Shown: positions 36,078 to 45,667 of the stretch, piece after piece
How positions within the stretch are numbered: position 1 is the stretch's first letter
Layout of the letters: every line of letters begins with the position of its first letter
Assembly (NCBI GenBank): GCA_035419245.1
Contig: DAOLSP010000018.1
Location: forward strand, 130-64,129
DNA: 64,000 nucleotides
Source: a bacterium
Lineage (GTDB): Bacteria > Zhuqueibacterota > Zhuqueibacteria > Residuimicrobiales > Residuimicrobiaceae
Direction: 5' to 3'
The notes under the pieces: generated by a model
What the model was told of the DNA's origin: nothing
The model's input: the letters and a program-made list of their open reading frames with translations, nothing else
Database searches by the model: none
Translations under genes and position numbers: made by a program

Positions 36078-38503
36078 GACCAGCCTTCCGCTGCTGCAGC
36101 AAGCATCCTGTTCTTCCTCCACAGCAGTTCCCGGAAAAGGCCGCCCCGCTCCAGCAGCTCTCCTGGCGCGCCCTCTTCCGCGATCTGGCCCTCGCGCATG
36201 AGGTAGACGTACCCCGTCCGCCGCAGCGACTCCAGGTTATGGGTGATCAGCAGGACCGCCTGATGCCGCGCCCACTCCGCAATGATGCCCGCCAGAGCGT
36301 TCTCCAGATCGGCGTCGATAGCGCTGAATCCCTCATCGATCACCAGCAGGCGCGGCTTTCCATAGAGCGCCCGCGTGAGGGCGAGTAGCTGGGCCTCTCC
36401 TCCTGAAAGCTTGCGCCCCTCTTCGCCGAGCAGCGTCAGGAGGCCGTGCGCGAAGCGGCCGGGCAGGAACGATAAGCCCAGTTCCGCCAGCCGCGTGCTG
36501 ATCTCCTGTAGGCTGGCAGCTGGCCGTCCCAACAGGAGATTCTCCGCCAGGGTGGCATTGAAGATCTTGATCTGCTGCGGCACGACGCCGATGCGGCGGC
36601 GCAGCTCTGTGAGCCCGATGCGGGTGATCGGGGTCTCCTCCCACCGGATCGTCCCGGCGAGCGGCGTGTATTTGCGCTGCAGCAGCTGGACCAGAGTGCT
36701 TTTGCCGGCGCCGCTCGGACCCCAGAGTCCGGTGATGCGGCCGGCCGGGATGGTCAGCGAGAGGCCGCGCAGCAGTTCGGGCGATTTGGGCCAGGCGAAG
36801 GCGAGCGCCTCCACCCGAACCACGGGGAAAGGAGCGGCTGACGGACCGGGCGCAGCAGTGCATTCTGCGGCGGGCGGGATGCCAGCAGAATCCGTGGATG
36901 CAAGCCTGCGGCCGGTGGCAGGCCCATCCAGCGGCTGCACTCGATCCACTCCGCCAGCCGGGTCCTTTCCCGACAGAACGGATTCTTGGTTTGGGTTAAT
37001 GGACGGCGGCCGAACAACAGCCGGGTCGCCGCCGGCCGCCTCCGCCGTCTCGGATTCCCTCTCGATCAGCAGCAGATCCAGTAAACGCTGGGCAGCGGCC
37101 TCCGCGCTCTGGAACTCGACGAAAGCGGCCACGAGGCTGGTGATCGCGGGCAGGATATAGCCGAGCAGGGAGTAGGCGGCCATGAACTGGCCGAGGCGCA
37201 GTTCCTCCGACATCACCTGCCAGGCGCCGAGGGCTAGCAGGCTCACCGACATGGCGGCCGCCAGCAGGCCCACCGCCAGGGTCAATCCCGCCTGCTGCAA
37301 TCCGAGGCGCTCGATCTGTTCCTGAAAGGCCGTGAAAACCCCCTGATTGAGGCGGGTGAAGGCGGGCGCGGCGTTGTAGCTCATGATTTCCGGCATGCCC
37401 TGAATGGAGTCGATGTAGGTGGACTCCACCGCCGCATGGCTTTTCATCACTTCGCGCTGCTGTTGCTTGAGGCGGCGGGCCTGGCGCCAGAGCACGCCGA
37501 TATAGAGGGGCAGCATCGCCAGGGTGAGGAGCCCGAGCCGGCGCGAAAAATAAAAGATGAACAGCAGGGCGCCGAGGGCGAGCAGGAGGTCAAGCAGGGC
37601 GCTCTGCAGCAGCATCAGACAGGTGCGGTGGATGCGCAGGCTGTCCCCGATGCGGGTGGTGATATCACCGGTTTTACGGCTATCAAAAAAGGCCTTGGGC
37701 AGATGAAAAAGGTGGGCGAAAAAGTCGTTGGTCACCGCCAGGCTGAGGCGCTTGTTGGCGGCGACGAGGAGGCGGTCGCGGAGGTAACCGACGGCGGCGC
37801 GCAGGGCCAGCACACCGAGCAGGGCGGTGCCGAGGAGGAGGAGCTTGTCCATCTGCCGGGCTGGAAGGAGACGGTCGATGAGGGTTTGCACAAAAAGGGC
37901 GGTCAGCAGGCCCGCAGCGGTATACAGCAGTCCGGTGAAGAGGATCTGTTGAAGCCAGGCTGCTTGACGACGGAGGTAGCCGCCGATCCAGCGCAGCCAG
38001 CCGGGGGCGGGCTCGCGCAGAAGGCCCTTGACGGGCGCAAGTTTGGCGGAATGCAGCAGCCCGCCGCGGTGGAATCCGTTGCCGGCGGGCTCGAGGAGGA
38101 GGACGGCATGCTGCAGCCAGAGCTTCTCAAAGGCGGCGCGGCTGAGCGTATAACGGCCCTTACCGGGGTCGCCGATCAGGAGGCGCCTGGGCGATATTTT
38201 GTAAAGGACCAGGAAGTGATTCAATCCATCGGGGAGTACGACATGGGCGATGCAAGGGAGCTGCTCGCGGGCGAGTTCTTCCACTGTGCCGCGTGCGCCG
38301 CGGGCAAGAAAGCCCATCCTCTGTGCGGCCCGAGCCAGGTCGAGCATGGTGGTACCCTGAAGGTCGGTGCGGCAGAGCTGGCGGGCGCGGACCAGGGTCG
38401 TGTCGCCCCCGTACCAGCGCAACACCGAGAGTAAGGCAGCCGGGCCGCAGTCGAGCTGGTCATACTGTCGGACCAGGGGATATCGGAAACGGAGGTGGAT
38501 CAT
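36074..38503 (-). CDS. Peptidase-C39-domain ABC transporter (bacteriocin/GG-leader peptide processing and export; LagD/ComA-type).
   Basis: N-terminal C39 motif QYDQLDCGPAALLSVLRWYG plus a His-containing region, a six-TM ABC exporter domain, then an NBD with GPSGAGKSTL, LSGGEAQLLALTRAL and LLVIDEGFSAID. A Pro/Ala-rich low-complexity linker (~aa 480-560) precedes the NBD. Confidence 0.85.
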   Translation of the reverse strand: MIHLRFRYPLVRQYDQLDCGPAALLSVLRWYGGDTTLVRARQLCRTDLQGTTMLDLARAAQRMGFLARGARGTVEELAREQLPCIAHVVLPDGLNHFLVLYKISPRRLLIGDPGKGRYTLSRAAFEKLWLQHAVLLLEPAGNGFHRGGLLHSAKLAPVKGLLREPAPGWLRWIGGYLRRQAAWLQQILFTGLLYTAAGLLTALFVQTLIDRLLPARQMDKLLLLGTALLGVLALRAAVGYLRDRLLVAANKRLSLAVTNDFFAHLFHLPKAFFDSRKTGDITTRIGDSLRIHRTCLMLLQSALLDLLLALGALLFIFYFSRRLGLLTLAMLPLYIGVLWRQARRLKQQQREVMKSHAAVESTYIDSIQGMPEIMSYNAAPAFTRLNQGVFTAFQEQIERLGLQQAGLTLAVGLLAAAMSVSLLALGAWQVMSEELRLGQFMAAYSLLGYILPAITSLVAAFVEFQSAEAAAQRLLDLLLIERESETAEAAGGDPAVVRPPSINPNQESVLSGKDPAGGVDRVQPLDGPATGRRLASTDSAGIPPAAECTAAPGPSAAPFPVVRVEALAFAWPKSPELLRGLSLTIPAGRITGLWGPSGAGKSTLVQLLQRKYTPLAGTIRWEETPITRIGLTELRRRIGVVPQQIKIFNATLAENLLLGRPAASLQEISTRLAELGLSFLPGRFAHGLLTLLGEEGRKLSGGEAQLLALTRALYGKPRLLVIDEGFSAIDADLENALAGIIAEWARHQAVLLITHNLESLRRTGYVYLMREGQIAEEGAPGELLERGGLFRELLWRKNRMLAAAAEGWS

Positions 38504-38577
38504 GCCTTCCCCATCGATCGTAGAGAAGCGCTGCAGCCGGCACTCATCCGCAGCCGTGGTGGCGGACTGGCGCGGGG

Positions 38578-38898
38578 TCAGGCGGCGTGCATCACTTTTC
38601 TGAAATCCTTCGGCGCCATCCCCTTGTCGCGGCGGAATGCGGCGCGGAAGGAGCGGTCGGAGCCGTAGCCGGCGTGGCGGCTGACATTCTGGATCTTTTC
38701 GCCCTCAAGCAGCAGGCGGGTGGCCAGCGCCAGCCGCATCTCCTGGATGAGCTTTTGCGGCGAGGTTTGAAAGTGCTGATGGACGGCCTTGCGCAAATAC
38801 GACCGGGAGACGTTTAATATCAGAGCGAGGCGCTTGACACAAAACTGCGGATTACCGAGATTTTCAAGGATCACTCCCTCCACAACACGCCGTGTCAT
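38578..38898 (-). CDS. AraC-family helix-turn-helix DNA-binding protein (HTH domain only, 106 aa).
   Basis: ILENLGNPQFCVKRLALILNVSRSYLRKAVHQHFQTSPQKLIQEMRLALATRLLLEGEKIQNVSRHAGYGSDRSFRAAFRRDKGMAP, the AraC-type HTH signature. Confidence 0.65.
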   Translation of the reverse strand: MTRRVVEGVILENLGNPQFCVKRLALILNVSRSYLRKAVHQHFQTSPQKLIQEMRLALATRLLLEGEKIQNVSRHAGYGSDRSFRAAFRRDKGMAPKDFRKVMHAA

Positions 38899-39420
38899 AT
38901 CACCCTCCTTGCTGATGGTGAACGGCCCGTGTGAAGCACGCGAAGGCCATCGAGGTCGTTATCGCGCCCATGCGCTGCAGGCGCTCGATCAGGGCTGCTG
39001 CGGCATGCTGCCGCAAAATATATTGGCGCAGGAATTTCCAGTGAGAGTCGGTTTGGATTCCGATCCATCCAGGTGTGCAGGTACGCTATGGAGATGAGAC
39101 GTCAGCCCTATGGGTCTGGAGGCTGGCGAGGCGGGGATTAGTGCCGGCGCCGTCCCCCTCCGCGCCGGCTGTTTAATGCGATGTACCCCCGGTGCTCATT
39201 GAATGATAATAAAAAAAGTATATCAGGTCAAGAAAAATCGGCGGTGTAGCGATTTTTTCCGATATTTTCGCCAATACGAAGAGAATCCTGACGCATTGGT
39301 GCGGAACGGTGACGAAAAGGATGCGCCAGTCCTGGCGGTGTAGCCATGGGGGCGCTCCGTCACTCCCTCTCGCTCCCGCCTGTTCTCAGCCTGCGCCAAC
39401 CGTCCAGGGCGGGAGCGGGC

Positions 39421-39921
39421 TCACGTCCGATAGGCCTTGAGGATCCGTTCGATGATCGCCGAGGTCGAGAGCCCGGGGACGCCCGGCAGCAGTTCGATCC
39501 GCCCGCCCAGCCGCTCCATCAGCCGCCGTTCCGGCTGGTTGATGGTATCGAGGTTATAATCCCCTCCCTTGGCGTAAATGTCGGGCTTGAGCCGGCCGAT
39601 CAGCTCGACCGGGGACTGGTCGCCGTAGAGGATCACATAGTCGACACAGGCGAGGGCAGCCAACAGGCGAGCGCGCTCACGTTCCGGCACGATCGGCCGC
39701 AGCGGCCCCTTATTGAGCTGCACCGAGGCGTCGGTATTCAGGCCGACCACCAGCACATCGCCGAGGGCGGCGGCGCGCTCGAGGTAGGTGATGTGGCCGG
39801 CGTGAAGGATGTCGAAAACCCCGTTGGTCCAGACGATGGTGCGGCCCTGGGCCCGCGCCTGCTGCAGCCGCTGCTTGAGCGGCTCCTCAGTGACGATCTT
39901 GTCCTCAGCGCTGATTCTCAT
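39421..39921 (-). CDS. hldE: Cytidylyl/adenylyltransferase-fold protein, ADP-heptose synthase domain II (RfaE/HldE C-terminal domain)-like.
   Basis: TIVWTNGVFDILHAGHITYLE ... VGLNTD...PIVPERERARLLAALACVDYVILY. The nucleotidyltransferase (H/T)xGH motif is present. Start taken at the internal Met to avoid a long overlap with miaA. Confidence 0.65.
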   Translation of the reverse strand: MRISAEDKIVTEEPLKQRLQQARAQGRTIVWTNGVFDILHAGHITYLERAAALGDVLVVGLNTDASVQLNKGPLRPIVPERERARLLAALACVDYVILYGDQSPVELIGRLKPDIYAKGGDYNLDTINQPERRLMERLGGRIELLPGVPGLSTSAIIERILKAYRT

Positions 39922-40927
39922 CTTCTTCCTTTTCCCATCTTGCCAACAGCTCCTCACAGCTCTCCTGTTCACTGCGCCCCTCGAGATCGATCCAGTCGAT
40001 ACGCGCATCGCGGCGGAACCAGGTCATCTGCCGCTTGGCGTATTGGCGCGAGTGCTGCTGGATCAACAGCACAGCCGCCGCGAGGTCGGCACCCGGCTCG
40101 AGCAGCTCCGGGCATTCGAGGATCTCCTGGTAGCCCACCGTGAGCAGGGCGTTGTTGTGGAGACCGTAGCCCATCGCGGTCAGCCGGCGGATTTCCTCCA
40201 GCAGGCCGTCCCGGAACATCTGCTCGACGCGGCGGTCGATGCGCTCGTAGAGCGCCTCCCGCGGGCGGGTCAGCCCGAAAAAGAGGGGGCGGAAGCCGGC
40301 CGGTTCTGCGATGCCGCTCTGAAAGGTGGAGATGGGCTGGCCGGTTATCTCCCAGACCTCGAGGGCGCGGATAACCCGCTGGGTGTCGTTGGGATGGAGC
40401 CGTGCCGCACTCTCCGGATCGATCCCGGCCAGTTGGGCATGGACTGCTGCCGCCCCCTCGGAGGCAATCTTCAAGCGCCACTTTTGCTTGATGGCCGGGT
40501 CCGAAGCCTGGGGGGCGAAGAGGCCGTCGACCAGGGCGCGGATGTAGAATCCCGAGCCGCCCACCACGACCGGCTGGACGCCGCGTGCGAAAAGCTCCTC
40601 GATACAGCTCCGAGCATCGCGGCCGTAGGTGCCGGCGCTGTACTCCGTATCGGGATCGCAGATGTCGATGAAGTGATGGCGGACGCGCCGCAGCTCCGAC
40701 GCTGCGGGCTTGGCCGTGCCGATGTCCATGTGGCGGTAGATCTGGCGCGAGTCGGCCGAAACGATCTCGCCGCCGAGGGCCTCCGCCAGCGCCAGGGCGA
40801 GGCTGCTCTTGCCGACGGCGGTCGGACCGACCAGAATCGGGACACGCCCTGATTCCGGGTGGAAGCGAGACGGGTGGGGCGGCGCGTCCGCGGCGGTTGC
40901 GCGCTCGGTCTCACCCGGCGCGCTCAT
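39905..40927 (-). CDS. miaA: tRNA dimethylallyltransferase MiaA.
   Basis: PILVGPTAVGKSSLALALAEALGGEIVSADSRQIYRHMDIGTAKP, i.e. the P-loop and the DSMQ(V/I)Y-like motif. Start uncertain: the ORF track extends to 41005, overlapping mutL. Confidence 0.8.
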   Translation of the reverse strand: MSAPGETERATAADAPPHPSRFHPESGRVPILVGPTAVGKSSLALALAEALGGEIVSADSRQIYRHMDIGTAKPAASELRRVRHHFIDICDPDTEYSAGTYGRDARSCIEELFARGVQPVVVGGSGFYIRALVDGLFAPQASDPAIKQKWRLKIASEGAAAVHAQLAGIDPESAARLHPNDTQRVIRALEVWEITGQPISTFQSGIAEPAGFRPLFFGLTRPREALYERIDRRVEQMFRDGLLEEIRRLTAMGYGLHNNALLTVGYQEILECPELLEPGADLAAAVLLIQQHSRQYAKRQMTWFRRDARIDWIDLEGRSEQESCEELLARWEKEEDENQR

Positions 40928-40970
40928 GCCTTGCGGGCGGGAGCCGGAAGGAGGGCGCCCGGCTTGTCGG

Positions 40971-42941
40971 TCATTTCCGGTCAAAACGGCGGTCCAGTTC
41001 ATCAACAGTAATCGTGATCATCACCGGCCGGCCATGGGGACAGAAATAGGGATTCTCGGTCGCGAAGAGCTGGTCAATTAGGGCGTTCATCGCCTCGACC
41101 GAGAGCTTTTCTCCGGCCATGATGGCCGAACGGCAGGCGAAACTCTTGGCTACCCGCTCGCGCATGTCGCTTTCGGTGGCCGCATATTCCTTGTATTGAT
41201 CGATGATGTTGAGCAGCAGGCGGTTCTCCGCGCCGACCCGCATCCCCGTGGGCACCCCTTCGACGACAATGGTGCGGCCGCCGAAGAGTTTGATCTGGAA
41301 GCCGAGCTTTTCGAGCCAGGGGCTGATCTCCACCATTACCTGATAATCCTGGGGCGAGAGTTCCAGGGTCTGCGGAAAGAGGAGCTGTTGCGAGGCCCCG
41401 TCGGCCTGACTGATGTTCTTTTTTGCTCGTTCGTAAAGGATACGCTCATGGGCGACATGCTGGTCGATCACGACCAGGCCGCTCTTGATCTGCGAAAGGA
41501 TGTATTTGTTTTGCACCTGCCAGACGTTGGCGATTTCGCGCGGCCGCGGCGCGGGGGTGCCGCTCGGCGCGAAGGTCCCGGGTCTGGCTGTCAGAGTGGT
41601 GCCGGGCTGGCCGGGAGCGCCGCCGGCCGAATCTCCTCCGCCCGGCTGAACAGGCCCAGCGCCGGGGATTCCTCGCGAGATGTCCGGATCCCCCTCATGG
41701 GGCGTGTTGTCCGAGCTTCGGGCCGCAGCCGTCTCATCCTGCCAGGATGAGACGAACGTGCGGCGCGGTGGAAAGAGGCCCGGCGGCGGGAAAACCGTCT
41801 CGCCGGCTTCCCAATCGAGGCGGATTTGCTCGTCACTGCTGACGATCTCGCCACGGTTGACGGATGGTGTCCCCGCCGCGCTCCCCGGCATGCCTCCGGC
41901 GCCCCAACGCGGCGGATAGAACTGCTGAATCTCGGGGATGATGTGGTCGGTGCGCAGGGCGCGCTTGACGGCGCTGCGCAGCAGATCGAACACGATCCGG
42001 GCGTCGGCGAATTTCACCTCATTCTTGGTCGGATGGACATTGACATCGACCCGTTCGGGATCGATTTCGATGAAGAGGATGAAGAGCGGATAATGCCCCT
42101 TGGGGATGCTTTCTCCGAACGCCTGGGTGACCGCATAGCTCAGGGTGCGGTCGTTGATGAAGCGGCGGTTGAGGAAGAGATATTGGTCGTTGCGCGTTTT
42201 GCGCATGACGTCATAGTTTCCGATAAAGCCGCTGACGGTCATCAGCGAATTCTTGTCCTCGACCTGGACCAGGTTATGGCGGACGCGCGCGCCAAGCACC
42301 TCGACGATGCGGTCGGAGAGCTCGGCCGGCGCGTAGCGGAAGACCTCCGCATCATCATGGACGAGCGTAAAGCCGATTTCGGGAAACGCGAGGGTAAAAT
42401 GATTGAGCATGGCCAGTATCGACCGGTACTCGGTCGACTCGGCGCGGAGAAATTTGCGTCGCGCCGGGGTGTTGAAAAAAAGGGTCTTGACGGCGATCGA
42501 TGTGCCGGGATTGCCGCCGGCCTCTTCCACTCTGGAGACAATGCCGCCCTCGACGTGGATGGCGGTGCCAACGATTGCTCCCCGTGGCACTGTCCGCAAC
42601 TCGAGGCGCGAAACCGCCGCGATGCTCGCCAGGGCCTCGCCGCGGAACCCGAGGGTGAGGATCTTTTCAATATCGGCATAGGTGCGGATCTTGGAGGTGG
42701 CATGGCGCTGAAGCGAGAGGATGGCATCCTCCTCACTCATACCGCTGCCGTTATCGATGATCTGGATCAGCTGACTGCCCCCGCCCTTGAGGATCACCTC
42801 AATCCGGCTCGCTCCGGCGTCGATGCTGTTCTCGATCAGTTCCTTGACCACCGAGGCGGGACGGTCGATGACCTCGCCGGCTGCGATCTTGTTGATCAGG
42901 TTCTCGGGGAGGACGTTGATGGTGTGGTTTTTTTTCTGCAT
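40971..42941 (-). CDS. mutL: DNA mismatch repair protein MutL.
   Basis: N-terminal GHKL ATPase motifs INVLPENLINKIAAGEVIDRPASVVKELIENSIDAGAS...DNGSGM. The Pro/Gly-rich linker and C-terminal dimerisation domain are present. Confidence 0.9.
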   Translation of the reverse strand: MQKKNHTINVLPENLINKIAAGEVIDRPASVVKELIENSIDAGASRIEVILKGGGSQLIQIIDNGSGMSEEDAILSLQRHATSKIRTYADIEKILTLGFRGEALASIAAVSRLELRTVPRGAIVGTAIHVEGGIVSRVEEAGGNPGTSIAVKTLFFNTPARRKFLRAESTEYRSILAMLNHFTLAFPEIGFTLVHDDAEVFRYAPAELSDRIVEVLGARVRHNLVQVEDKNSLMTVSGFIGNYDVMRKTRNDQYLFLNRRFINDRTLSYAVTQAFGESIPKGHYPLFILFIEIDPERVDVNVHPTKNEVKFADARIVFDLLRSAVKRALRTDHIIPEIQQFYPPRWGAGGMPGSAAGTPSVNRGEIVSSDEQIRLDWEAGETVFPPPGLFPPRRTFVSSWQDETAAARSSDNTPHEGDPDISRGIPGAGPVQPGGGDSAGGAPGQPGTTLTARPGTFAPSGTPAPRPREIANVWQVQNKYILSQIKSGLVVIDQHVAHERILYERAKKNISQADGASQQLLFPQTLELSPQDYQVMVEISPWLEKLGFQIKLFGGRTIVVEGVPTGMRVGAENRLLLNIIDQYKEYAATESDMRERVAKSFACRSAIMAGEKLSVEAMNALIDQLFATENPYFCPHGRPVMITITVDELDRRFDRK

Positions 42942-43003
42942 GCTCGCCCAAATCCTCAATGAACTACAGTGTAGCGATTTCCTGCCACTTATTCAAGGGG
43001 AAT

Positions 43004-44614
43004 TTAGCGCAGCAGCAGCAAGCGGATGACGGCATGCCCCGCCGTTCCAGGGATGGCGGGCCAGGATTCGGCATCGCTGGCGAGTTCGTCATTTCCGGCG
43101 GCCGCGCCTGTGGTGCCCGCAACCGCCCCGGCCTCCATCCGGCAGAAATAAAAGCCCGACGGCAGGTCTGACGCCTCGATCCGGATCCGGTGTTCGCCGG
43201 CAGTCTGACGATCTGCCATGAGAAGGCGGACCAGGCGGCCGCGGGTGTCGAACAGGGCGAGATGCACCCGGGCCTCCCGGGCCAGGGTATAGGACAGGGT
43301 CGTAGTCGCATTGAAGGGATTAGGCCAGTTCTGCGCTAGGCTGAATCCCGCGGGCAGTCCGGTCGAAGGCGCTCCGGTCAGCGGCGGGATCCGGGGCGCC
43401 ACGGTGGTCCGAACGCTGTCGGGGAGGATCCGCCAGGGATCGAGCCGCAGCCGGTCGGCGATGTAGCAGATATAGAGGCTGGCGGGACGGTTCTCGGCGA
43501 TGAGCTGGACCATCTCACTCTCGGGCGGATGGAATTCTGTGCCCACCTCGATGGTCAGACTGAAGGTGGGCTGCGGATTCCCGAGACTGCTGCCGTAAAA
43601 ATAGTCATCTGCGTCGCCGTTGGTGCTGTAAAGGACGCCCATCGCCAGGTCGCCATACTCGTAGCCGCTGACGCGGGTCAGGTTGCGGCCGAGCTCCATG
43701 AAAATGGCGTGATGGCTGGTATGGAGCGCCGTAAAGCTCCAGGGAAAGAGGGCGAGACGGCTGTAGCTGTGATAGTTGATGACCGCGGCGAAATGGTGGG
43801 CCGCAGTGAAATCGCGCAGGGCGGCCGTCTCGGGCTCGGAGAAGGGGCCGGTGCCGCGATAGGTTTCCGAGGTGGGCGTCGGGCTGGAACCGTAATTGTC
43901 CCAGCCCCAGTTATAACCGAAATTGCGGTTGAGATCGACGCCGACGCTGCCATCCGCGTTGATGCGGCAGTTTTTGCGCCACCAGATATCGCCCTCCTCG
44001 ACGCGGACATGGCCATCGGGATTGATCATGGGCACGAGCCAGATCTGGCGTTCATCGACCAGGCGCGTCAGCAGGGTGTCCTGGCCGTATTGGGTGGTGA
44101 TATAATGGATCAGGTCAAGGAGTATCTCTGGGGTGATGATTTCGCGGGCATGGATGGCCGCCGTGAGGAGCACCTCCGCCTCGTCCGCCTCTTCGAGCCC
44201 GGGGTGGTCGGAGATCTTGACCGCCCAGAGTTCGCGGCCCTCGACCGACCGGCCGATCGAGGTGAGGCGCAAGATGGCGGGATAGCTCTCGGCGAGCGCA
44301 GCCAGTTCCTCGCCGAGTTCCTGGTAAGTATGGTATGCGCCCATATCCCCGCTGAGGGCCGCGGTGGTCTTGGCGAGGCTGGCGGCTGAGGTCAGGGGGG
44401 TGATCGAAAAGCCCTGCCGCTGCAGAGCCCGCTCCTCGTCCGACGAGAGGACCGCATCGGCGTGATCGCTGATGCACCGCGAGGCGAGGTCGAGATTCAT
44501 ACTGAGAAGGGCCTGGGCCTGCTCCGGGCGGTCGATGCGGATGCGCACCAGGCGGCGCTCGCTGCCTGCAACGGCGGGGCTGCAAAGCAGCAGCAGAAGG
44601 ATGATTTTTTTCAT
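43004..44614 (-). CDS. Secreted M14-family zinc carboxypeptidase with a T9SS-type C-terminal domain.
   Basis: Signal peptide MKKIILLLLLCSPAVAG, M14 zinc-binding region LTAAIHAREIITPE, C-terminal WPNPFNATTTLSYTL...GFYFCRM. Confidence 0.75.
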   Translation of the reverse strand: MKKIILLLLLCSPAVAGSERRLVRIRIDRPEQAQALLSMNLDLASRCISDHADAVLSSDEERALQRQGFSITPLTSAASLAKTTAALSGDMGAYHTYQELGEELAALAESYPAILRLTSIGRSVEGRELWAVKISDHPGLEEADEAEVLLTAAIHAREIITPEILLDLIHYITTQYGQDTLLTRLVDERQIWLVPMINPDGHVRVEEGDIWWRKNCRINADGSVGVDLNRNFGYNWGWDNYGSSPTPTSETYRGTGPFSEPETAALRDFTAAHHFAAVINYHSYSRLALFPWSFTALHTSHHAIFMELGRNLTRVSGYEYGDLAMGVLYSTNGDADDYFYGSSLGNPQPTFSLTIEVGTEFHPPESEMVQLIAENRPASLYICYIADRLRLDPWRILPDSVRTTVAPRIPPLTGAPSTGLPAGFSLAQNWPNPFNATTTLSYTLAREARVHLALFDTRGRLVRLLMADRQTAGEHRIRIEASDLPSGFYFCRMEAGAVAGTTGAAAGNDELASDAESWPAIPGTAGHAVIRLLLLR

Positions 44615-44773
44615 GGCATAAAGTAAGGCGCCGCAGGCTGCGATGCAATGAAAAAAACAGATGCGGATGCCTCCTGGCCTGAACAAATCCGCAGCCGGGT
44701 GGGCACCAGAGGAGCAACCGGGTGGGCACCAGAGCGCCGGGCTGCACTCTCGCGCCCACTTCGTCCTGCCGCG

Positions 44774-45490
44774 CTACCCTGCAATCAATCCCTGATCCGC
44801 GAAGCTGAAGTAGGAATCCCGGCCGATGATCAGATGATCGAGTACGGTCAGATCAAAGGGCCGACAGGCCAGAATGATTTTCTCCGTCACTTTTTTATCC
44901 TCTGAAGAGGGATGGGGATCGCCGCTGGGATGGTTGTGGACGAGGATAACCGCCGCCGCGGCATCCTGCAGAGCCGCGGCGATGATCTCGCGCGGCGAGA
45001 CTACACTCTCGGTGAGCGAACCCTCAAACAGAATCCGGTCGGTGATGATGTCATGCCGGGTGGTGAGGAAGAGGACCTGGAAGACCTCACGGGAGAGGTC
45101 GCGGAGACGCAGATGGAGATAGCGGTAGACCTCTTCGGAATTCTGAACCCGCACCTCCTGCCGGTTCCAGCGCTGCTGGCTGAAGCGTTTGGCCAGTTCA
45201 AGAGCGGCCTTGATCTGGCAGGCTTTGGCGTCGCCCATCCCCTTGACCTCTCGCAGGGCAGCGACTGGAGCGGCGTCGAGTCCTCGGAGGCCGTTGAATC
45301 GGCTGATCAACTGGCGCGCCAGATCGACGGCAGTAGTCCGGCCGGCGCCGACCCGGAGGATGATCGCCAGCAGCTCCGCCTCGGAGAGGGCATCCGGGCC
45401 GCAATGCAGCAACCGCTCGCGCGGACGCTCCTCTTCCGGCCAGTCGGTGATACGGTTGGGATAATCGGACATGGGCTTTTCCCCAAGCAA
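44774..45490 (-). CDS. radC: RadC-like JAB/MPN-domain protein.
   Basis: HNHPSGDPHPSSEDKKVTEKI (JAMM motif HxHxxxxxxxxxxD), plus an N-terminal HhH region. Confidence 0.85.
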   Translation of the reverse strand: MLGEKPMSDYPNRITDWPEEERPRERLLHCGPDALSEAELLAIILRVGAGRTTAVDLARQLISRFNGLRGLDAAPVAALREVKGMGDAKACQIKAALELAKRFSQQRWNRQEVRVQNSEEVYRYLHLRLRDLSREVFQVLFLTTRHDIITDRILFEGSLTESVVSPREIIAAALQDAAAAVILVHNHPSGDPHPSSEDKKVTEKIILACRPFDLTVLDHLIIGRDSYFSFADQGLIAG

Positions 45491-45667
45491 CGAGGCCTCT
45501 ATTCGATGATACGGAATTTGCGAGGGCCGTGCAAGTGAAAAGCGCCGAGTGGCGATATTGGCCGGTTTGCCGGATGGATGCGCGAGCGGAATCGGGTTGG
45601 TGCACGAGTGGGACTAGGGCTGCCGGGTGGGAGCGAGAGTGGCGGGCGCGAGAGCGGCCGCACCGGC

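Noticed and set aside
39346-40852. Plus-strand ORFs 39346..40143 and 39809..40852 overlapping hldE-like and miaA.
   Set aside because: They are antisense to two well-supported minus-strand genes, with no motifs.
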